DNA of 64,000 nucleotides. It comes from Eledone cirrhosa. Its lineage: Eukaryota. The DNA lies in assembly GCA_964016885.1 (NCBI GenBank), contig OZ024740.1:133362001-133426000 (forward strand), read 5' to 3'. Below the pieces are notes generated by a model, which was not told the origin of the DNA, did no database searches, and worked only from the letters and a program-made list of their open reading frames with translations. Shown one piece after another: positions 53,508-64,000 of this stretch (position 1 is the first letter of the stretch; each line of letters begins with the position of its first letter). The position numbers and the translations under genes are program-made.

Positions 53508-56500
53508 TTATATACCTATATACATATGTATGTATGCATGGGTGTGTATGTATGTGTATGTATGTATAGATAGATAGTTAAACAGACAGGCCAGGAGGAA
53601 CAAATTCTGAATATAAAAAAAAAATGAAAAAGAATAAAAAGAAAGAAACAAGAGATATGCAAACAAACAATCAAACAAATTAAAGGAACGATTGCTAGAG
53701 AAAGAATTGTTATAAGGCATCACATTTTAAGTATTGGGAAAATATATGCGGCGTTGATTTATTACAGGAATCGATTGATGTTAGATGGTGTTTTTACCAT
53801 GTACATTTGAAACTAATACAATTGGTATACGTTAGGTTTTTCTCCCGCTGCATCTTATATTGTTTTAAGTATTTATGACTAAATAGCTGCATAACTCACA
53901 TCGTATTTAAAATAGGCTTTAAAATTCCTTTGTCACCTGGGTTCTTTTTAAATATCTGAATAACTACTAACATGATCATAAATTAAACCCAATCCAATAA
54001 ACTACTTCTTTCGAAATGAGGGTTATTGTAATGCAAGTCGTGTCTAAACTTTAATTATTGTACCTTACCGTAGAAGTAATATAGTTCATTCCTATTCTAA
54101 ACAGATAAAATCGAATTATTTTCCATTACTGTCACTATACACTTATCCAACATATGCGGCCACCAACAATTTAAGGACTACACATTTGGACAGCTTATTT
54201 GCTTGATCGATTTCTTGAATATCGCTTTTGGTATTGCAAACCTACGTAAAGCTAGAAATCTTACCTTTGTTTGTATATTTGTTAGTTTATGTTTGTTTAT
54301 CAAATATGATTAAGCAAGATATATATATTCTTTGGATTTGGTTTTCAAAATATTTTCTTTGAGATATTGTTTTAGATATATGCCGGGTAAGTTACAGTGC
54401 ATACATACAATTAAATTAGCTGCAGGTTATACAAAAAGACTAAACCATTTACACAAAGAGAGAAATGCAGTAGAAATGCACAGTTGCATAGCCAAATATT
54501 TCTAATAGATGGTAATGTAAGCTATATCTATATACTGTCCTCATATTAAGAAAAGATATTCTGTTTCATTCATTGAATTTGTGTTAACATCATGTGAAAC
54601 TTTCCTTCTGATAATATTGCAGAAAATGTAGGTGAGACCCATCTAAAATGTCACCCACTTTTATGTTAATATAGATGCTTTAATTTGTTTCTTTCTTTGC
54701 ATTAATGTTGCTAACTTAAGAAAATATCAATAGCTGTGAACAAAATAGAAAACTACAAACTGCAGAAAATATATATTATGGAAGCCATGCAGTTGCTTCT
54801 GGGTTTACTAGAGTAGAGAAGTATTTTTTCTTCACTGACAGTATAACGTTCAGGATTAGTCTATAGTTTTGGTAACTGGTCTTAAATCATCTGAAAATTT
54901 TCCAAATCTCTAAATTGTCTGAATGTTCAATTTTTTCTAAAGATATCAAAGTGTGTCTGGCTCGGTTACATTTCTTTAAATATAATTAATCATTTGCTGT
55001 TCAAATAATAACTTATCATTTAGAATCTGCCAGGTGATTAGTAACCATGAACACCGTAAAATACAAAGTTGACTGTTTCACGTCTACAAATATGCAGTAT
55101 TAGAAGCATAGTTACCTATTTCCTCTCGTGGATCATTAATTTACACCTTTCTTGATGATATTTCTTAGATAATTCAGAGTGATGACTACGAACCTCGAAA
55201 TTCGAAGGACGATTCCAGTGTATTTCTGATTCGAAAAAATAAATAATGCTCGCAGAAATGGAAACATTCATTGTTTCCCGGGAGGGTTTAAACGGGTATC
55301 CGATCGGTGATCGAATGCCAACACAACCGAAAATTATCCGGCCAGTCTCTCCTTTCCACAAAAATATTGTATATAAAAAAAATGTGTTTGCTTCTATTTA
55401 TTAGATATACTCATAGCTAAAATCTATTGATACATTATATATTATATCATTGAAACAATGTACATTTAATGCACCAACCATTTATTTGAACTTTCTACCA
55501 AGAATACGGTATATACGCACATTTCTCTCTCCGATTTACTTAATCCATAAGAAATAATATAACTATAATCAGTATCTTCGTTGTCAAAAATACAGTGCAC
55601 TGGGCACTTAACTAAATCGCAACAAAGTATTGTAACTTGTCCGGCTGATCCTTTTGTTAAGCCGACGAACATATCCCATATAAAAGTGAAGTGTTAACAA
55701 ATGCCTATTACACATAGTATATACTAAAATCTTTGCATATATTATGTAGAATATTTTAGCAGAGAAAATTATTATACCGCCGCAACTGAACTTTAGTAGT
55801 TTCGTGCCAAGCCACTACACATTTTCTAAACGTATCCCGGTTTCTATCTGCCGTGCTGAAACTAATTACCAATTAGATCGTATAAGTATATTATTGCAGA
55901 GTTGAAATATACTAAATTGGTGTATATTTCATCAACGTTTGAAACTAATAAAATAGATAACAACAAAACAATGTTGAATAACGTCAAATATATACAATAT
56001 ATTAAATCAGAAACATTCGGAATGAGATCATTAGATAAATGACATTTATCAATTTCTGTACAATAAAATTGTATGACTCATGAACTGGTGCATTGAAGCT
56101 TCTAATAGAGGATAAATAGTCTCCATAAAATAACCATGAAATAAATATCATTTCTCGGACAATAAATTAAATATACAATAGAAAACTTAACAAAATCAAA
56201 CATCGAAGTTATGATAAACATAAGAAAAGAGGAAATTCCTATCTAGATTCACTGAATTCAAATTTTGTATTATTCTGTACCAGGAAATATAATTGGCTTT
56301 CCAATAAGAATTGACAAGTTGATTTGTCTTGTGACTTTGTTTGAATCATTGTTAGAGCAATTTCAATCTATACACTGTTCTCTTAGCTTGGAATAAAGAA
56401 ACATACGTCAGAAATTACAATTTTTACTTCACCAAATTTTATGTGGGTTTTATATTTTAGTACAAAACAGAAGGTTACCTAATATATTCACCAATATATG

Positions 56501-57179
56501 TGTGTTTTAATTTAAATAAGAAATGATCTCTAGTTGCTACAAATATATGATCTCTGACTAAATGCGGTTGTACTAGCCGCGTACGTCTAACATCATCACA
56601 CCGACATCTAACTCAATCAAGATTTCCACTTATTATTTCTAGTCCAACATAAAATTCAGTGTTCATTCTATCCTCATCATCTTCGACTACTAGCGAATCT
56701 ATTATATTAAAAGATCTAACATATGTGTTGTCTCAATGGCTCTGTGATGTGTATTCCAGTTCCAAAGCACCACTAGTAGCTGGCACGTTTTCTGGGTGGC
56801 GGGTTGAGGAATATCCTGTAGATGTATAAGACAACTGCCATATGATAGTTGTACAAGTTGAATAATTACACTTCGACCAAGCGGTGATGCCACTAGGATG
56901 ATATTGACCAGTAATGACAATCTAGGCCTAAAATGTGTTGCAGAAATTCCATGAGATTTGTGTGCCCAGGCGTGTAAAGGCACCATAATTAATCTTATCC
57001 GCGTTGAAATTGCATGTTATGCAAACTCAAAGCTTAAACCCGAAAACTCTCCGCAGCTTACCATTGCTTAACATCTTTTCGTGCCACGAGGGCAATAGGC
57101 TGACAGTGAAGCAGCGCGGTCGAAAAAATGAACCACTATAACTATTTGTTGGGAGAATTTTGTTTTTTTCCTATATATC

Positions 57180-57975
57180 ACAGGCTATATATCGCACGTA
57201 CTACGGCGATATGGAACGTTTGATGGCAATAAGGGTGGATGTTGACGAATGTTTCTAGCATGCGTATGGCGGCTATCATGCTGTTGGCTGTTTTTAAATA
57301 CACTCCGGGGAAAATACAACATATGATATGGTGCCCCATTCGTGCATCTCCAATGAGCTGCGAACCCACAGACATTTCCGTGTAATAGTTACTCTCATCA
57401 TCATTTTGTACGCCTTGAGAGGAGTGCAGACCATCTCAATGTGTATGGGGCTCGACACCATTACGGTGACGTCGTCCGCATGAGCTGAAACGGGTCTCCC
57501 GCATCCCAGTTCAAGCGTAACGCACCTGAACGTCTCCATTATGTGCAGTAATACCTCGAGAGTGAATACATTCACAATACGTCCACTCTCACCACAGAGG
57601 GGGTATCGCTGTGCATTGAAGCGATCCAGCCTCTGAAGCTAGGCGCAAAGCTGGTCACCTACAGGATCGCCGGCAGATACATGGTCGACCTGTTGAAATC
57701 TGTCGACTGATCTAAATTGATTAAGGGCCGAACGGTGTCAGGTTCCTTATGTATCCTCTCCATGATGTGTCACATATGGTTGTTGTGGATGGGTCTATCT
57801 AGAAAGGCACATGTCTGCGCCTCTGCTACCAGACTCCTGACGACAAGCACCAAACTCGCAGCTAAAATCTCGATGCTAAAATTATTGGCCAAATTCTTGA
57901 ACTCTGTGTTCTGTAGAGTTATGGGCCTGAAATAATCTATGTTGTCCCACTTGTTACTCTTATCGTTGTCCATGT
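57180..57975 (-). pseudogene. L1/Tx1-like RT fragment
   Basis: FRPITLQNTEFK, QTCA, INLDQ, RVDH, VSAHADDVTV. Confidence 0.72.
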
Positions 57976-58564
57976 TCTTATTTTTTGTGTTCTCGCGGCT
58001 GCCTGTGTTGGTTTAAATTTTGCTTTTTGTTTCAATTGTTGTTGTTGTGGTGGTGTTGTTGTTGTTGGTGGTGGTGGTGGTGGTGGTGGTGGTGCTGCTG
58101 CTGCTGTTTGTGGTGGTGGTGGTGGTCATGTTAGTGGTGTCGGATGTGTTTGCCGGCATAGTGGCAGTGTGTATGGCGGCGTTCAATTAGGTAAATATTG
58201 GCAAAGATAGAAAATCTACTTTGGCTGTTGTTTATTTTTGTCAACGTTGCTGTCTGTAGTATTGGTAATCGTAGCACAGTTCATAATGGTGTTGTTTAGA
58301 GCGATGTCAACGTTTGAACCGTTCTCACGTGACAGATGGCTTAACTTGTGGGTGGTGGGGGGGCATATTCCGTCCTTATTTTTGACAAAAAAAAAACATT
58401 TTTAAGAAGAAATTCCAAATATTTGAGCCAAAGCGTCCGTGTGCTCTTTGCAGAGAGCAATTTATATGAATTGATAAACAGTTAACAATTGAAAACAACT
58501 TAAAAACAATAAACCTTCTAGAGCCGATATCAATACATCCATCGAAAATGAGAAAGAAAATAAT

Positions 58565-58780
58565 GGTTTCTTATATAGGCACAATGCCATCAATTTTGGG
58601 GGAGAGGAAAGTCGATTAAATCGACCTCAGTGCATGACTGGTACTTTATTTTATTCACCCCGTAAGGATGAAAGACAAAGTTAACCTCGGCGGGATTTGA
58701 ACTCAAAACGTAAAGGGCCATAACTCTAAGCAGCAAAGCATGGTGTCCGACGTTCTACCGATACTGCCAATCCACCACCC
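58565..58780 (-). mobile_element. Same SINE family, longer 3' variant
   Basis: Same head and core, with an extra ggggagaggaaagtcgattaaatcgacc segment. Confidence 0.85.
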
Positions 58781-59454
58781 TAAAATAATAATAAAAGGAT
58801 AAAGTTCTAAATGAAAGTGGATGGTAGAATTGGACGGACGCAGGTTAAATATCTTTCTGTATACAACTAATTATATTTACTTTCATGTGTCTCAACGTTA
58901 TCTTTCAGGTTTCCGAGATAATGAAATAATTACCAGCGCAGTAATAAGTGCGATGTATTGTCCCCAAATTTGTCTTGATATATCCATGTTATAACTATTT
59001 ACTTCTTCTAATAAAGAATACTATGTGCAGTCGCTTATTATGCTAGCAATCAAACCTTACTTAACCGCCTCCCTACTTTTCTAAGGAATAGTTGAATAGC
59101 GCAGGCCTGGACATAATACACCAAACAAAAAGATTAGAATAAATAATTGTTAGGGAAACATGTAATAGATGAACATGAAGAAACGATGCACAATGGAATT
59201 ATCTTGAAAGTGTCGGCTCACCACCAAAACAAAGAGGAATAACTTCAAGAGGAAATTACAAACTAACACTATACCGATGCATGTATAAACAGCATTAACA
59301 AAACATCAAAAGCTCACATACATAAAACCCAAAATTACAACAAAATAAAGCAAGAAAAGCTAAAATGTCACCATTTTCTCCCGTCACACAACTTAAACAT
59401 CAAACGTAGATAAAATCATTTCATACATATAATAAACCAAAACAACGAGAATTA

Positions 59455-59508
<54 letters not shown>

Positions 59509-59905
59509 AAACAAACGATAAGGCAATAACACATAATGTAATAAAACTGGGTAGAAACGCCATTGCATCATAAGTAACTTTCCGAAAATAGTTTCACTAA
59601 TATATATATATATCCACTTAGCTAATTACAGCAACATCCCACAGACATCCTTTTCCTATTCGAATCTACCACAATCGCAATACAAGCAAACCTTTACGTT
59701 TTGTACTACGTACTCCCTAACATTTTTAGTAAAAACGGACAAAGAAGAGCAAATATTTCCACAATATATAAGTAAAAAAACAGAACCAGCTCAATCAAAA
59801 ATATCAATCATCAAAAGAGGGATTGATAGTGCAAAACGATTATAAACACTTCAAAAACAAAACATATCACATATGGCAACAAAACTACAATTATAATTGG
59901 TACAA

Positions 59906-59945
<40 letters not shown>

Positions 59946-59946
<1 letters not shown>

Positions 59947-62900
59947 CTTGAATCTCAGTCATTGATGTTAGTTAACTGGAAAGTCCGTTGGAATGAATAT
60001 CAAGCCACTACCTGCAGCCTCAGATATTCAGGACGTATCGGAGGGTTCTTGCTGTTCCCAGCAAGCATGCCTTTTGAAGCGTTCCAAAAAGCGTGACGGG
60101 GCCGATTTTCTTTAACCATCCCTGGAAACTTTTGGAGATAGTCCCCAGTGCGCCTATGACAATCGGGATCACTTTGACTTCATGGCAGTTCCAAATCCTT
60201 TTTACCTCCCAATTTAAGTCCTGGTATCGGTTAATTTTCTCCCTCTCCTTCTCTTGCACTCTCGTGTCGAATGGGCAGGCCACATCCACAATCAGACACG
60301 ATCTTTTTTCTTTGTCCACAACCACCAGGTCAGGTCTATTGTGTTCCAGTTTCTTGTCCGTCTGTATCCTAAAACCCCACAGCACCTTCACCTGATCGTT
60401 CTCCATCACCGCCTCTGGCCTATACTCATACCATTTCTCAGAATGTGGTAAACTGTTTACTTTGCACAGGTGCCAGTGGCTCACCCTGCCCATCACATCA
60501 TGTCTCCAGCCCTTATAGTGGGTCTGGGCTAGGTGTTTACACTCGGATACAATGTGAGCCACAGTCAACTCTCTCTCTCCACAGATCCTGCACAGTGGGC
60601 TAGCCTCCTCCTTGTAAATATAGTGTTTCAACCACTTCGTTTTGAGGGCCTGCTCCTGCGCAGCCATTAACATTCCTTCTGTAGCCTTTTTGAGGTCTCC
60701 TCTTCTCAACCAGTTCCATGTCTGTGGATCTCTAAATTCAATTTTCTCAAAGAAGGTACTATGAAGGGATTTTCCCTGAAGGCTGCTCTTTCTCCTTGAT
60801 GTTATTTCCTCCTTGGACATCCCCTGGCCTATTGTCCCCTCCTTCAGTACAGTTCTGAGCATTGGCTCCTTACTATCAGTCACGTATTTGTGTAGGTTGT
60901 TTTTCTCCATCTGAACACAGTCCTCTATGCTGATAAGACCTCTTCCACCCTCAGATCTCCTTAAGTAGAGTCTATCGACATCACTCCTCTTGTGGAACAT
61001 GTTGTAGATAGTCAATAGCTTCCTAGTCTTCCTATCCATTTCTTTTTGTTCAGTAACATTCCATCTCAGAATTCCCGCACTGTATCTAATAATAGACACA
61101 GCTCGGGAATTTACTCCGCTTATGGCATTTCTGCTGTTCAGATGTGACTTCAATACGCTCCTTATTCTCCGAATGTATTCAGTTCTTAACAATTCCTTTA
61201 TTTTTTTGTTCTTTATGCCATCAGCCTCCAGAACGCCCAAATACTTGTACCCTTCCTCAGAGTCAATTTCCTTTATCATCTCACCTGTTGGTATCTGGAT
61301 TCCGTTACTTCTGCTCAACCTACCCCTCCTCATCACAATGACTCCACGCTTACTAATACCAAACTGCATACATATATCACTGCTGAAAATACGGACAGTG
61401 TCAACAAGCACATCCAACTCCTTCTCACTCTTCCCGAAGAGCTTAAGATCGTCCATGAAGAGGAGGTGATTGATGGTAAGCTCTGCCTTTCCCAACTTGT
61501 ATCCTGCTCTCACTTTTCGCAGCATAATGGTCAGGGGCATCAGGGCAAGGACAAACAACAGAGGGGAAAGGCTATCTTCCTGGAAGATACCTCTCTTGAT
61601 CTTCACGCTTCCCAAGGATTCTCCAGTTGATGTCAACTCTGTTTCCCAGGACCTCATACTCCTGCCCAGCAACTGTCTGATGTTATCTGCCACCTTGAAG
61701 ATCTCCAGGCTTTTGGTGATCCAAGAATGAGGCACCATGTCAAATGCCTTTCTATAGTCTACCCATCCCATGGCAAGATCAGTGTGTCTCCTCCTGCAAT
61801 TCCCCATTATCATCTTATCAATAAGTAACTGGTCCTTTGTACCACGTGACTTCTTCCGGCATCCTTTCTGTTCGTCCGGTAACAAGTTGTTTGTGTGGAG
61901 GCGATGGTAGATTTCCTCAGACACAATGCTCGTCAACAGTTTCCACATAACGGACAGACATGTGATAGGTCTATAGTTGGTAACATCATTACCCTTGATT
62001 CGGTCTTTCATTATCAGAACTGTGGTACCTTTTGTCAACCACTCTGGTACCTCACCTGACATCAAGCACTCATTGAACATGGCCTCAGGGATCAAGTCGT
62101 TGCCTCTTTCTTTCCCCTCAAGCTGTCCAAACAGCATCTTCTGGTTGTTGTCGAACATGCGGTTCTGTTTATACTGACTGACTCTGTTCTCGTATCGCCT
62201 GATTTTTGCACTTTGCTACAATGCGTTGCTTCAGTTCCTCTATGATAATATGTAGCTTTTTCCTCCTAGTTTTCTACTTTATTTCCAGTCTATTTTTAGT
62301 GCCTATGTTTTTTAGTGTCCCATTCAGTAGGGACTCAAGCTTTCCAATGTCATTTCTCATTTCCCTGATTTGACCACTCAGTCGTTTCTTCCACCACGGC
62401 TCTGCTCTTTCTTGTCTGTTGTTTCCTCTCGCTTTTATACCAAGTAGTTTCCTCACCGTATTTGCTGTTGCTTTGAGGATATTGTTGCACTGGTGAAGGC
62501 TCCTCGCCTCAAGGTATGGGATGACTTTGTTTACCTTAGCTATTGTTTCTTTTAACTTTTTCCTGTCTACAAATCTTAGGTTCATAGGTCTCCCACTATC
62601 ATTGTTCAATTCATCTACCACTAAATTTAGGATGTCAACCGAATCTTGTCCCAGCCCGTCAGCATTCATCTCCTCAGTGGCCGTATCTCTGTTCCAGGTA
62701 TTATTTATCTCAGCATCCAGATCATTGTCTGCTTCGGGTGTTTCCTCCGTTCTATCGACCTCTTCACCTTCATTTCCCACTGGCTCGTTTGCCAGGCATA
62801 CTCCGCCCTCCATCTCCAAGCTAATCTCTCTGCTCAGTTCCTCCAGTTCCAGATCGCTTATCCACCCATTAGTTCTTATTACCCGAGCCTGCCTGGCCAA

Positions 62901-63300
62901 TTTTTGGTCATCTAATTTAAATAGACCAATCTCGTTCCAGATGTTATGCATCCGTCTCCTATAGCCCCTCTCCTTGGGGTTACTTTTCAGGTAACATTGC
63001 ATAACAGTTCTATTCAATTCTTTCGTCCAGTTGGTTCTGGTCCCTTTCCTTCTTCTTCTTCCTCCGACACCAGCAGTATTTGGTTCACAGCCAGGTTCCT
63101 GCTGCTGAGCCAGGGAGCACCTGATGGGTGAGAGTCTGTCACATGACGTTCTAGTCTCCATTTCACCGTTATTCGAACAGTTTAGGTTCGATATTTAAAC
63201 ACACTTATCGAGGATTGGCGAATGTATGGTTACATAACCATCTGTGGATTCACCGTCTCCGGTGGTTGCGCCGCTCCACTTGGCTCTTGTGTGGAATTAT
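59946..63300 (-). mobile_element. R4/Dong-clade non-LTR retrotransposon (RT + CCHC + restriction-like endonuclease), inactivated, 3' end in (TAA)n
   Basis: ORFs 62274-63161 and 60020-62158: NYRPITCL, EQKGC, WVDYRKAFD, GIFQEDSLSP, FMDD, CRIC..HIVSEC, RHD, RPDLVVVD..VDVACP. (TTA)n at 59908-59945, consistent with the known Dong target. Confidence 0.9.
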
Positions 63301-63714
63301 CACCACGCTGTAGACGAACACAAATAAACAAACAAACACACAGGCAGAAAAAAACCCAAAAATGAATAAGCATAAGTTTCATTGTAATGTAGTGTTCGAA
63401 TGTCTGACTTAGTTTTTCCCTTCTCTTCTCTGTCCGTCCGCTTGTTTCTCTCTTCATTCTTATTTTCTTTACGTTTTTTTTTTGTTTTTGTTTTTCTCTG
63501 TTTGTTTTTCTCTTTTTTTGCTGTTGTTGCTGTGCTGCTTTGGTTTTGATGTTTGTTTTTTCTTTTTTCTTTTGAGTCTATCTATATATTTTGATGCCTT
63601 CCTCTTTTTTAGTAGGAATTCTATAATGTGGTGGCAGCAACTAGCAGGGTGCAATGGGAGAGAATAGCGGCGGTAGCGATACTGAGACAGTGGTGGTGGT
63701 GATGTCGACACTGA

Positions 63715-63929
63715 GGCAGTGGTGGTGGTGATGTGATCGTATTACTGTAGTGATGGTGTTGTAGCAGTGTTAGCAATGAAGGAGTGGTGGCGGCGGTGAT
63801 GGGATAGTGGTAGTAATGATGGCAGTGGTGGTGGTGATGTGTTCGTATTACTGTAGTGATGGTGTTGTAGCGGTGGTAGCAATGAAGGTGTGGTGGCGGC
63901 GGTGATTGTATAGTGGTAGTAATGATGGA
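63715..63929 (+). repeat. Two copies of a 106-bp GT-rich minisatellite
   Basis: ggcagtggtggtggtgatgtg at 63715 and 63821. Confidence 0.85.
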
Positions 63930-64000
63930 TGGGCGGTGTTGTCGTTACTGATGTCCGTTCGGTGAATCTATGGGGTTAGTCGCGTATATGTGTTGACATA

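Noticed and set aside
55116-55672. Short non-repetitive ORFs
   Set aside because: No motif or splice support.

Overview
AT-rich, microsatellite-dense animal DNA. The SINE types suggest a cephalopod/octopus-like genome (inference). No host protein-coding gene can be supported; most predicted ORFs are translations of (TA)n/(CA)n. The window is a nest of retroelements: tRNA-derived SINEs and LINE remnants of the RTE, RTE-X/Expander, R4/Dong, CRE, Tx1 and CR1-like types. The most striking component is a dense set of Penelope-like element (PLE) insertions in (TA)n. The centrepiece is a ~6.3-kb head-to-head palindrome (26755-33055) of a young RT+GIY-YIG PLE, whose 546-aa ORF takes its ATG from the antisense arm. 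About 20 intact, degenerate or half type-I hammerhead ribozyme (HHR) motifs were read by eye. Many lie in fold-back (inverted) elements, in several of which the inversion point falls inside the ribozyme. Two unrelated ~525-bp HHR monomers occur in tandem, resembling retrozymes. Coordinates were counted manually, identities are eye estimates, and no database search or folding computation was run.
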